From NCBI GenBank assembly GCA_028023455.1, contig JAQFVV010000003.1:23684001-23748000 (forward strand): DNA of 64,000 bases, given 5' to 3'. Below the pieces are notes generated by a model. The model saw only the letters and a program-made list of their open reading frames with translations, was not told where the DNA came from and ran no database searches. This DNA is from Epiperipatus broadwayi. Lineage: Eukaryota > Animalia > Onychophora. A program made the position numbers and the translations under genes. The number at the start of each line of letters is the position of its first letter. The stretch's first letter is position 1. Below are positions 1 through 11,843 of the stretch, piece after piece.

Positions 1-241
1 AGTTGAAAAAAAGTAGTCACTTTCCAATTTTTTTTGGATGGTAGAAGTTTCCAAATTATAAGAAGCCAGATTTATGATATTCTGCCATTAGCTCAACATT
101 TTCAACTATTCTCAATATTTTATTTCTCAGTATATTTATTAAGGCTTTATATATATACATTGATGTTTATTGACTGGTCTGTTGATTCTTGAGGTCTATA
201 CTATGTCAGTGTACTATTTGGTATTTCCATCATTTTCCAAG

Positions 242-2050
242 TCAATCTTCACTTATATGGCTCCATGTATCTTTGTCTTTAATAATAGGCACTAGAATTA
301 GATCTCTCCTGAATTTTTTTAATTTGTTGCATCTCACCAACCATATTGCCATTATTATGTAAAGGGATAGCCTTATGGTCATAAAATGCTTAGATTGGAT
401 ACTTTGTTTTAATGATGCAATGATGTAGTAGTCTGTTTTAATGTTTCTATAGATATATTGTTTTGTTATTAGTAGTCCATGACAGTTCTCAATGATATGA
501 TTAATGTCTCTTCTGTTCTTTTGCAATTGGAATACATTGGGTTGATTTTAGATATGCCCCTTTTATAGTGTAGGAACCAATTGATGGGCATGGCATAAGA
601 CTTTTGTAATTTTATGATTTGTTAGTCCTAGCTTCCCTGGAATTATTTTTGTTTGTGGATGCATAAATTCATAGACATCCCAGATTTTGAGTTTTGATTT
701 AAATGCTTGCTTTGTTAGTGTTTCATATTGTTTTAATTTTCCTATTATGAAGTTTAACCAGTCATTTTTCTTTGATGGGGGTTGATCCATTGGGGTGACT
801 AGCTCCAAAATGTTCTCATATTTAAGGTGAATTAAAAGTTGATGGATTACATTGTGATTCTTTTGTATAAAGGAGGATGTAGACCTGGAATTGTTTTTTT
901 TACTTGTGTCAGATGCGTTAGCATTTTATAAATGATTGGTACTGAGAATTGTCTTAGATGAGCCAATAGGAATCTTGGAATTCCATGTAATCCAGGATGG
1001 ATATGGTCAGGCATTGTTTGTAATTTCGCTAGTATTGTATCTTGAGATATGCCATGGTTGTGAAGTATTTGAAACTCTCTTTCTTGATTTGCTTGGAATT
1101 GTTCAGAATCCTGTAGTTTGGTTCTGTAATGTTCCATAATTTTTATGAGCATTGAGGTGCCAATGTATGATATGCCTTTTATGTTTATTATGTTTGAAGT
1201 GGTCTATTTTCTCCAAGTGCCCATCTAAAGTAAGCTTTGGTCCAACAGTGTTGATTTACCAGGAAAACTTTACCTCTTTTTATTGCAATGTATTGGACAA
1301 TTTGTTATTGTTTGCCTCTGTACTCTTTTTTTTATGTTGATTAGATCTTCAATGTTTGTTGAGCCTGTGACATGAGACTTTATTAGGTTGCTTAAAGAGT
1401 CTAGTTCCTTTATTAGAGTAAGTGGTTCTTTCCTCCTTTTGGTATGATGTGTTATCAGGGATTAAAGTATTCCAATAAAAGAAAACCATGCCTCCTCAGC
1501 TGATCTAGATAGGATATTTATTTTTTGAAAGTAAATGTATGCTTCTGAAGGTATTGCCTTTGTGATGCTTTCTTTGGTTAGTAATCTAATAGTTCTTTGC
1601 TCAAGTGAAATCAATCCATTTGTGATGTCAAGATCTATTATCAGTGTGCAGTGATCAAGAAAGTGGACTGGCTCTAATACTGCTTCTATTTATTGTGGTA
1701 AGCATAGAAGCAAATCAATTAGAGATTGATGCTGTTTGGTATAAAATGAGATGGAGTTTAATGGAAACAGACATTCTCCACATATTATCAGTGCATTTAT
1801 CAGATGAATGTAATTCCTGTTAAATTCTTGGTAATTTATAGTGAAATCCCCAAGAAATAGCGTGGTGGCTATTGTTAGCTAAGATCTTATATAGTTATTG
1901 ACTTTGTTGCTAGTATATATGTATATTAGGTTCAGTGTGGCTCCTTGATAATTGATGTTTATAGCAATTATGTTTTTGTCAATATATAGTATGTGGAATT
2001 TGCTTGGTAGATTGTTTTTGTTTATTATGATATCTACTCATTTTCATTAT
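242..2050 (-). mobile_element. Degenerate non-LTR retrotransposon (APE endonuclease + RT), many stops and frameshifts
   Basis: Minus-strand translation gives APE motifs FLGDF (~1845-1860) and LDHC (SDH-like, ~1650). RT-start motif PGLHGIPRFLL..LRQFSVPIIY (GPDGIP-like) is in ORF 847-1152. ORF remnants 563-808 and 242-526 are collinear. Confidence 0.7.
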
Positions 2051-2568
2051 TAATAGTTTTTATGCTTTCTATTATTAATATTATGTCCTGTAGATTATTT
2101 TATATTTAATTCTTACACTTTTCCAGAATATTTGCATCTTTTGCTGAATATTTACTTGACATTTTTTTTACTCATTGTTTATGAAGTTAGTTATTATGAT
2201 CATTTTTTAAAAATAATCTGTCTCATTTTAGTGATGTAAAGAGATGACAAAAACTTATGATGCTATACTGAGTTTTTCAAATAAATTTTTATGGAATGGA
2301 AACCATTAACAAACTATGCCCAGTAATGATCAATTGGTATTTTTTAGTTAGAGTACTTTATTGCCTAATTACACCAATATGCACATTCAAAAAGAGAACT
2401 TGGCATATATTTCCCTCTCCTTCTATTTTGTTTAACATTATTTTTTCCATGTCTGTTTTTTCTTCCTTTTCATGCTTTTCTTTCACTATCGTATTATATA
2501 TAGCATATTTTTATACATTAAACAGGGCATATAAATTTTATCTCAATATTGCCTAATGTATGTGTAAA

Positions 2569-2762
2569 TTGCAATTATTTCAGTGTAATGAAATATAATT
2601 TATAAATTTATTGTTAATGTCATTAGCATTGAAAATTGTGTGTATATTATATATCAACTCTTCTATTGCAATTATTTCAGTGTAATGAAATATAATTTAT
2701 AAATTTATTGTTAATGTCATTAGCATTGAAAATTGTGTGTATATTATATATCAACTCTTCTA
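2569..2762. repeat. Exact 97-bp tandem duplication
   Basis: 2569-2665 equals 2666-2762 (ttgcaattatttcag...caactcttcta). Confidence 0.95.
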
Positions 2763-2793
2763 CAGTTCATGTAAAAATTATAACTATTTATAA

Positions 2794-3017
2794 TTGTAAA
2801 TTAGCGATCAGGCGAATGAATATGCGCTTTACAGATTTTAAACTATACGTAAATGAATACTCACATTCTCAAACCCAAGATAAAGTTGAAAAGATAGATG
2901 AATTCATTCTATCTTTTTATAAAGACTTTATCTTGTGTTTGAGAATGAGAGTATTCATTTACATATAGTTTAAAATCTCTAAAGCGCATGTGCATTAGCC
3001 CGATCACTAATTTACAA
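2794..3017. repeat. Long imperfect palindrome (foldback, MITE-like), essentially no spacer
   Basis: Arms taaattagcgatcagg...caagataaagt and actttatcttg...cccgatcactaattta are reverse complements with about 10 mismatches in about 90 bp; the centre is GAATTC at 2900-2905. Confidence 0.9.
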
Positions 3018-3364
3018 ATACAATTTATTAACATAGCGGTATATAAATAAATACCTTATTATAGATAGCTATTTATATATAATTTCTATAGTGCATTAAG
3101 TGATAAAAGCAAATCATTTGCATTATTGTACCTTATGTAGTATCAAGAACTTTATATGTAGTGGCTGACTTATCCAGTGACTTATTCATGTCCTGGTGTT
3201 TAAATTTGAGCTGGAAAAGCTTGCAATATTGTTTAGATTCTTATCAGAATTATTCTGAATTATTGCTGATTTAATCTTTCTAATTACCATTTTATTTTTT
3301 AGTTTACTATTGAAATTATTAAGTAAATAATATAATAAGCTGCTAATCATCATCCTTAGTTTTA

Positions 3365-3900
3365 ACTATTATCAATCCATTGGAAAATAAAAATTTTCTA
3401 AGTTTAATCTACTTTTTTGGTTTTTCTTCTTTACTTCACTTCTCTTATCTATTCTTCTTACTTATAATCTTCTATATCTTTTACAATTTCTTGGGATCTA
3501 ATTTAAGATTTCAACTGCCTAAATTTATTGTTATCTCTTCTAAAAACATGTCCAGCCTAGTTCTATTTCACTCTGATAATGTTTTTAATGTTAATAATCC
3601 CTGTTTGTTCTCTCAACCACATATTTTGTTTTCATTTTCTTTTTGCTATTTCCACATAGATCTCTCCATTCTTCATTGTGTAATGGTCAGGTTTGTACAT
3701 TTTCTCAACAGACCGAGAGTCCAAGCCAAAGAGCCAAAAGCTGACCAAGTTGGGATAGGAATATCCTACATCTGATCATGCCTCAACTCTTATCCGTGCT
3801 TCCAAGTCAACCCATAGCGAATGACATGCCTGAGACTACATTCAATATCTCCTTCTCCACATTCTAGCAGTAGCCAAGTGGTAAAACATGAGACCCCCCC
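3365..3900 (-). mobile_element. Degenerate 3' end of an RTE-clade LINE
   Basis: Minus strand gives GSLAWTL (YG.ETW.L-like), *AGHVFRRDN (WAGHV.R) and terminal F.QWID-like motifs. Confidence 0.6.
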
Positions 3901-4034
3901 ACATGACATTATATAACTTAACTAGTGATTCATAAGGTAATGGAAAAGAATGGAGACTGAGATGAATTTATATTTTATAAATTTTAATATAATAATCAAT
4001 ATATGAAAACAATGCAAATTATATATATATTTGC

Positions 4035-4215
4035 TCACATGCAAGTGAGTGAGTACTTAGGTTCACAAAGAATATGGAATATAATAATCAGTAAACAATG
4101 CAATTTATATATTGCTCACACGCAGGTGAGTGCATACTTGGGTCTACAAAATGTTTAATGTAATACTCAATAAATAATAAAACAAAACCAATTATATTTG
4201 CTCACATGCAGTTGT
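4035..4215. repeat. TCAC-N6-GTGA motif array at the 3' end of retroelement copy 1
   Basis: tcacatgcaagtga (4035), tcacacgcaggtga (4116) and degenerate tcacatgcagttgt (4202), inside ~80-bp degenerate units. Confidence 0.75.
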
Positions 4216-5037
4216 TTAACTTTACAAGTGTTTAAAAGATTATGGATTTGCTGAACTGACAATATGCTTACATCATCTTTATTAAGTTTAAACATAATTT
4301 ACTACACAGATAAATAGCATTAACTCGGATTCCGAATCCGATCAAAGCCGATGTTAATTCCTATGTGAGGCTGAACTGATGCCAGGTAGTCTAAATCAGA
4401 TTCTATGGCATTACAAACTATAATATCAGAATATGTCCATCTTGAATGTACTCTTAATTGAGGTTCATTACCTAGTAATCAGTTCCTCAGACCATGCTAC
4501 TTGCTATAATACAAAGAGGCTCTTTTATTTGAGTGAGCAGAACAGCGGCTTAACAAGCCCTTGGATCACTTTGGTTTCTTCAAATACAAGATAAATATCA
4601 TATTTGCCTAAACTTAAGATGCATGGTTTGTCATGGAATCGATCTTGATGTAGGCCATTATAGGTATAGCAAGAAGCTATGCATTTTTATGCTAACTAGC
4701 AACACATCCGCCGTGCTGATTTAATATTTTTCTAAATCAATTAGGCCAAATCTATAGCTTCTATCAGTGCCACTACCACTGGTCAGTTCATAAATAGTAT
4801 ATTTAGTTATACTACAAAGGCAATAATAGGAATCTGATTTAAGGATATCTCTATAGCATAACCTATAATTAAGGATAGTTACCGCCAATTTTAAGGTTTT
4901 ATCAAGAGTTAAAATATTATGTATATGCTGTATAGAATTACTCCCACCTAATACTAAGCAAAATATTGATTTTTAAAATAGTTTATTCAGTATATTATAA
5001 ATAGCTGGCTCACTTTAGCATAAATAATAGTTTGATT

Positions 5038-5295
5038 TCAGAAGGGAGTTTTGCCTAATTTCTTTATATTATAATATTCCACCATAATGGAAAGATGCCT
5101 AATCGCCTCTCCAATAATTATCAAATCCCGCAAAACTCCATTTTGATGAACATAGCATAAATTAATAAACATGAATTTACTAAATGTAGATGGCATAAGA
5201 GCAAATTGCAGAAATCGATAGTGATAATTTAGAAAAATGAATAAGAATTTATGTTTAACTGGTTTTATTGAACTTAATTGTTTATGATCAAACAA
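5038..5295 (-). pseudogene. Reverse transcriptase fragment of the RT-RNase H element
   Basis: KHKFLFIFLNYHYRFLQFALMPSTFSKFM...NGVLRDLIIIG resembles the RT motif B/C region (F..LP.G...P..F.K.M...DDLIIIG); the catalytic YxDD is eroded. Confidence 0.55.
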
Positions 5296-5505
5296 GAAAT
5301 TTAAGAGTGCTTTAAGTTTTAAAGTAAATTTAACATAAATGGTTTAATGTAACATTTAAATAATATAATGATATACGAGGCTTGATTAGTTAGCTAGCTT
5401 TAATTTAGAGTGTATTTAGTAATAAAATTAGCGTATTCTGCAGAATGGTTTATTGGCAATACTTGGTAGTAAGTCTTTTGAGGCATTCTTTACTGGGTGT
5501 CTTCT

Positions 5506-5645
5506 CTCCATTAAATCAGGATGTGGCTTTTCTCCATTAAGTCAGGATAAGGCTTTTCTTTATTAAATCAGGATGTGGCTTTTCCCCATTACTTTGGGTT
5601 ATGGCTTCTCCAGTACTTCGGGTGTAGCTTCTCCATCATGGGGCT
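5506..5645. repeat. 26-bp tandem repeat (3 good and about 3 degenerate units)
   Basis: ctccattaaatcaggatgtggctttt and variants at 5506, 5532 and 5558, followed by shorter variants. Confidence 0.85.
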
Positions 5646-5858
5646 ATGGTGGAGGTTGATATTCTCTTCTATTCAGTAAAACAGTTTCCATGGGAGATAG
5701 ACAGCAAGTCTATCATCCCACTAGCTCACGATTCTCATCTTAACAGCTTTCAATAATTGCTTGGTCCAAATTCAGTTTGGCCAAAAGTAATGCAGGAACA
5801 GCTCTTTAATTATTATTCTTCAATGCTCATGTGGAAAAAAATATGCATCTAGCATCTT

Positions 5859-5912
5859 AAATGGCCACTACAGGCTTTTTTATATCTAATTTTTGCCAGT
5901 ATTCTCTCCCCC
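5859..5912 (-). promoter_or_regulatory. Candidate promoter module (G-rich box, TATA-like, GCCATTT) of retroelement copy 1
   Basis: Minus strand reads agggggagag...tataaaaaagcctgtagtggccattt; the same order is kept at 43253-43296. TATA-to-GCCAT spacing is shorter than a canonical TATA-Inr. Confidence 0.3.
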
Positions 5913-7149
5913 TTTGCCTTTAACTAAATTTCTACTTTTCTTAAATATTATCCACAGCTAAATCTGGAGTTGAAAGCTCTTTTCCCTTGGGTTTCCCAAT
6001 TGCACTCAGGATAAATTTATGCCTGACTAGATTTTTAAATTTGTTTTTGCCTATAATTTTAAATGAGGTCAATTTTCAGCTAGAAGATTATTTTTAGACG
6101 AAATGTTAAAACTCATAAACAACATATGTAATTTTAAACAAACAATAGAACTCGAAAATTATTTTAAATGAATATTAAAATACAACTTCTTAAATGAATG
6201 ACTTTACAACATTAAACTTATAAGTTTGTTATATAAATAAATTCTAACTACACACTGCTATGTTTACTTCAGTTTTAACAAATGCCAGGGTGGTATGTGT
6301 GTATATGCTACCCATGACTGCATGTGCACGTACAATCTTGGCAATATTACAAACACAAACTTGAAGTTTTAAATTAAAGAAATACATGCAACTGAATGAA
6401 GCATAGCACTAAATAAATACACTATTATAGAATATAATAGGTAAAACACAAGAGTCAATAGATCTAACTGTTTCAATTGTGCAGTTTGAAGTTGTATTGC
6501 TCTTCTGTTAAGTTGCTAATATATTCTAGAAATTATCTATACCAGAGATATATGGAAAACAATTTAATTACTACAAACATTTTAAATTCTTAAGTATTTT
6601 TACTCATATCAGCTTGTTCTTCAGTAGCTTTCAGTCTTTACTAACATGTTAAACATTATAGTGCTTTTTATGTTTTGTGAAAAATAGTATGAACTGAGAA
6701 ACATTTTATCATTTTATTATTATACTTTCAATAAACCTTTCTGGTCAACAATTATTTATTAATCTTTCATCTCAATATTTTCAATCATCAAAGTAGATGG
6801 CAGCTGTAATTATGGGGAAAAAAATCGAAAATACTTTGACTGTTTTCCTGTGCTGATGTTTTTATTCTGTGCGGAAAAATAAGTTGAAGTTTATTTACTT
6901 TTTTATGCAATTAATCATCTGAGTTCATTAATACAAAGATTGTTTGCTTGTTGTATGAAAGTGGAGATTAAATTGTAATCAAGAGAGATAGATATAATTG
7001 AATTTGGAAAGATGGGAATTGTTAACATTTAGAAAGTGTTTCATTCACCATTTTAAATATAGAAATAAAAAAAAATATTTTGTTGAATGTGTGTTAATGT
7101 AAGGATATTTTATAACTAAGTTGTGTGTAAAATTAGTTGGTTTTTTAAT

Positions 7150-9480
7150 AAGTTTGCTACTAAAGAATTTTTTTAATTTAAGAAAGGGTGTGATTTATTT
7201 GAAGAAAAAAGATAATGTTTTGGAGACCTACGGTCAGAAAACACGTGATTATTGATTGATCATCATTGAAAGAAAGTAAAGTTTTAATCCTTTCGTGCAA
7301 AGAGATTTGAAGAATATGAGAGGAGAGAGAAATAGTATTACTAAATAATGTGGGAGTAGAGTGTAGATCTAGAGAAGAATTAGCGATAATCTTAAATAAG
7401 TATGTAATGGATATAGAAACAATATTGTAATAGAAAACATGAAAGCATATAGTAATAAAAATATTAGGTGTATAGAAAGTGAACTGAATGAGGCAGGTAA
7501 GAAATTGAAAAGTGGAAAGGCAAGAAGTTTGGATAGATGGGCAGCAGAGATGGTAATGAATTTGGGGCATAGGGAAAAATTAAAATTATTATCATGTTTT
7601 AATAAGATGACCTAGAAGAAAGATTTTCTGGTTAGTTGGAGTAATACAAGAGTAAGGTTACTATTCAAAGGAAAGGCTAAAGATTATAGAAAGTTAAACA
7701 ATTCTTGTCTGATAGTGATAACATCAGTGCTATATAAAGTTTTCTCATATATGGTGGCTGAAAGGGTTGCAAAATGGATGGAAGAAAATAATATAGTATG
7801 AGAAATGCAAGGAGATTTTCAATCAGATAGGTATATAGAAGATAGTTTATTTATAGTTACATAACTTATGGATATGAGTAGGAATACAGCTAGACAGTTA
7901 TATACGGTTTTTATAGATATAGAGAAGACATATGATAAAGTAAATAGAAATAGATTATAAGTAAGTTTAGTAAATTTTGGAATGGATAAACCTTTAGTGG
8001 ATATTATTAAGAAATTATATGAAAATAATTACTATTCATATCAATTAGGAAACATAGAATCAGTTAAAGTTAAAAATGGGGTGGGATTAAGGCAAGAAAA
8101 CCCTGTCTCCTATTTTGTTTTTGTTGTATTTGAGAGAAATAGAGAGAGCAATAGAAAGACTAGGAAGAGGGATAGAGATACTATTAATAGTTACAATGGA
8201 GTATATACATTGTCAAGTATTTGCGGATATCTTTTTGTATGCAGAAAGAAGGTAAGTTATGAAATTTATGCCGAGGACATGCACAAGCATGGGTGAAGAG
8301 ATGGAGGATTAAATTTAGTGAAAAAAATCAAAGATAATGATTAATACTGGGGAAAGAGAAGATTGGGAATCATTTTAAGTAACCAGAGAAATTGCTTGGA
8401 TAAATGGGAGAAAAAATTGATAAATAAAGTAAAGAAAACAAAGGGATTGATAAAGAAATTAATAGTGTTCTCATATAATTAGTATGATATCACTAGAATT
8501 GTATGGAAGGGAGTGGCAGTAGTGGGGTTAACATATGGTAACGATGCATTGTATATTAGTAAAGGGTATTAGATTACTTAGAAAAAGTACAAAGAGATGC
8601 AGGAAGACATGCATTAGATGCAGATGTGTGGAAGGCAAAGGAGGCATTTCAAAGAGAAATGGGATGGTCAAGTTTTTATATGAGAGATGCAAAAAGCAAA
8701 ATGAAAATGTTCAGTAGATTGCAGTTTATGGATAATAAAAGAGTAGCCAAAATAATATTTAATTGGGTTATGAATAAAGAGCAGGCAAAAGAAGGTAATG
8801 TGATATGCAGAAGATTTGGATAAAAAATTTATGTCAGTATTCTTATACAAAAGGTGGGATGATTTAGGAGAATTGTTGAGTGTTATATTGCTAAGGAATG
8901 GAATAGAAGAATAGTTGCTTTAATAAAGAATAGGGAGTTGGAGAGATGGAGAACTAGTATGAAAAGTAAAAAGTGTTTAAATATATATAGAAGTAAATGG
9001 AATATTCGATGCAAGTTAATTTATAATATCAAGGAAAGTACTTTACTGTTTAAAGCTCGAACAGGATCTTTAGCAACAATGGAATATACACATAAATGGA
9101 AAAATGTGGGTGATTTAGTCTGCAAGTTGTGTAAGGAAGACGTAAAAAGCATTAGGCATCTGTTAATTGAATGTAAATGCCTGAAAGCAGAAAGGGTACA
9201 AATAATAAAGTTCTGGAAGAACAAAGTGATTATACAGAAAGTGGGTTATTGGTTTTTATGCTAGGTTTGGGGGGATTTAGATATAAAGGCCATGGAGTTG
9301 ACAAAGATTATGTTGTGAAAATGGGATGGAACAGGATAGAGAAAAATATGAAAAATTAGGATGGGGAATGGAATGGGAGGTTAAAGTGGTTAACAGGTTT
9401 CCCTGGGCATAGTTGGTTGAGAGATTCCTGACTCCATGTAAGAACTCACAGTGCATCATATCACATCATCACCATCAGCC
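7150..9480 (+). mobile_element. Degenerate 5'-truncated non-LTR retrotransposon (RT + C-terminal zinc knuckle)
   Basis: Motifs LKSGKA.SLD, QGDFQ..R...D.LF, FIDIEKTYDKV, GLRQENPVS and FAD(D)I, then LLFKARTGSL..CKLC..DVKSIRHLLIEC (C-x2-C-x8-H-x4-C). Short cat/atc-rich tail at ~9460-9480. Confidence 0.8.
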
Positions 9481-10221
9481 ATGCATTCTTGAAAAAAGAA
9501 ATTTTTAGCAGTTTTTCTTCAATTATATGTAATCATCATATTCATCTCTGCTTTCAAAGTATTTTTTTAAATAACAGAAATGTTTACATCTTTTCAGTTT
9601 GTTTTTTTCTAAGTGTTGAAAATGTAACAATTTAATGCAATGTTATAATTTATTTTATATTTAACAAAATAAACATATATGTTTTTTTTAAAGATAGATA
9701 TATAATAAAAATATATTAAAAATACAATTAAAAAAAAATCAAATTAAATGACCAAATGCAAAACACATAAAATAATCTACCTTAAAGATTAAGATACACT
9801 AAAAAATTTCAAGTTAAAAAATTAAAAGTAAAAAAAAATGTTTCAAAATTGACTGCAGCAGTAAAGAGACAGAGTCAGAGTGAAAGATTTTAGAATGTTT
9901 CTCAGATGAATAACTTAAATAAAAAATGGTTTGATCTGAAATGAATTGTTAAATGCTCAGTCTGCCACTAGAGTATTCTAACATCACATGATCTCCAGAA
10001 CAATTAACCATGTGATTATTTTTAATATATATTTACTACCTTCTGATATTTGTCTGAAGGTTTTTAATGATGGTATATTATAAGATGTGATATGTTGGAC
10101 TATTTCCATCATTTATGAGTGAATATTGAATGTATAGAAAATTTTAAACTTTATTTAAACTTTTCAAATACAAACAACTTGTTAGTAATAACACACAAAT
10201 AGACAATACAGGTTAGTAATT

Positions 10222-10268
10222 ACACAATGTTTCGAGTAGTATTATTCTCCACTCTTCTTCAGGTGTTG
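10222..10268 (-). ncRNA. Minimal type I hammerhead ribozyme motif (family A, left arm)
   Basis: Reverse complement: caacac CTGAAGA a gagtgg..ctactc GAAAC ATT gtgt; the palindrome is mutated (AACATT versus AACGTT). Confidence 0.75.
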
Positions 10269-10540
10269 CTGGCCTATATGCACAGTGACAATATTCGCTT
10301 AGAAGTTGAACTCACACCTTTAGATTCTTGTATATTGAATTTAAGGCAAACACTCTACCAACTGAGCTATTCTGTCAAAGGCTCGGTGCGAGTTCAACTT
10401 CTAAGCGAATATTGTCACTGCTCAAAGGCTTTGACAGAATAGCTCAGTTGGTAGAGCGTTTGCCTTAAATTCAATATACAAGAATCTAAAGGTGCGAGTT
10501 CAACTTCTAAGTGAATATTGTCACTGTGCATATAGGCCAG

Positions 10541-10586
10541 CAACACCTGAAGAAGAGTGGAGAATAATACTACTCAAAACGTTGTG
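10541..10586 (+). ncRNA. Minimal type I hammerhead motif (family A, right arm; G12 mutated)
   Basis: caacac CTGAAGA a gagtgg..ctactc AAAAC GTT gtgt. Confidence 0.7.
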
Positions 10587-11843
10587 TAATTACTAACCTG
10601 TATTGTCTATTTGTATGTTATTACTAACAAGTTGTTTGTATTTGAAAAGTTTAAAATTTTCTATACATTCAATATTCACTCGTAAATGATGGAAATAGTC
10701 CAACATATTACATCTTACCTTCTGACGCCTGATTAAATAATTTTAATAGTAAAATATTTTGCTTGCTGGTTGCAGGAATGTAGTATCTAATGATGACCCA
10801 CCATTGATTTTGAAAAGAAAAAAAAAAAGATATTTGATGAGAAATTTTATTAATGATGATGGCTTAAATGAAGAAGGAGGAAAAAAAGTGAAAATGTTTG
10901 AAAAATAGATATGATATTTATTTAAAAAGCAAACTTGAAAATAATATATTTAGTGAACAAGCAATGATTAAAAAAACAATTTTCAATAAGTATGATGAAT
11001 GCAAACAAGAAATTAAATTAGTAATTGAGTGCTAATGCTAATTAATTTTTCGAAAAGTGTTTACTTACTCACATATACAGAAAATTTATATTTGTCAGCT
11101 ATTATTTATTCCTAATTATAATATTTGCAGGTATATATTTTAAGTAAATTATATTATTTTTACATTTAAAAATTGCAAATATTCACTTTATTAATGGCAT
11201 GACTTAGTGATAAATTACTAATTACTATTAAAACATATGAAAACATTTAGTAATTTTTACCCTCATAACTTATAAACAATTAAATCAGTTAACTTTGAAT
11301 TCAAATCTACATATTTCTTGGGACTTTATTATTTTTTAGAAGGATTTGTTCGATTTATTTTGCCTTAGGCATTTTTAATTTGTTAATTTCAGCTATTTTC
11401 CGATTGAAATGTATTACTTGCATGCTTCTTGGGGGTCACAACTACCATTTTAAATATTCAGTCAATTAACTAAACTGTCTATTGGATATTTGTTTTGATA
11501 TTAACATCTTTTTAAAAATAATGTCATTAAAGATTTTTGCTGTTTTCTTCATCGTCTTTGGTTTAAATAAAAAAGTTTTGAAAATGATTAAGGTAGTGAG
11601 TCAATTATTTAAAAATTTAATATATATATACTGTCAAAAATTGTTAAAGTATATTTAGGACAAACCAAAGTACTTATTTTTAACTTTCTAATAATTAAAC
11701 ATTTATTATGATTAGTTGTTAATAAAAATAAAATCAACCATTTATCTTTGAATTTTAAGATAGCCAATTTATGTATTTACTTGTATATAAGTATCTGAAC
11801 TTGCTTTAATAATTTGCTTTCGTTTGCATTTTGTATCTTTGAT

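Larger units (their letters stand above)
3960..6180 (-). mobile_element. Degenerate compact RT-RNase H retroelement, copy 1 (hepadnavirus-like/HEART or DIRS-related; class uncertain)
   Basis: RT-like ORF 5038-5295 and RNase H-like remnants (HKNA*LLA, KPCILS) at ~4560-4700. Collinear nucleotide similarity to 39770-43560 across the 5', coding and 3' regions. Confidence 0.55.
10047..10715. mobile_element. Family A non-autonomous foldback: inverted dimer of a Penelope pseudo-LTR, 10-bp TSD
   Basis: Left arm 10047-10380 and right arm 10428-10715 are reverse complements, both homologous to 20295-20687. TSD taccttctga at 10037-10046 and 10716-10725. The spacer duplicates the B-box segment. Confidence 0.9.

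Noticed and set aside
5506-5645. 9-aa repeat gag/ORF1 protein (EKPHPDLME-like)
   Set aside because: The repeat period is 26 bp, so the frame is not maintained.
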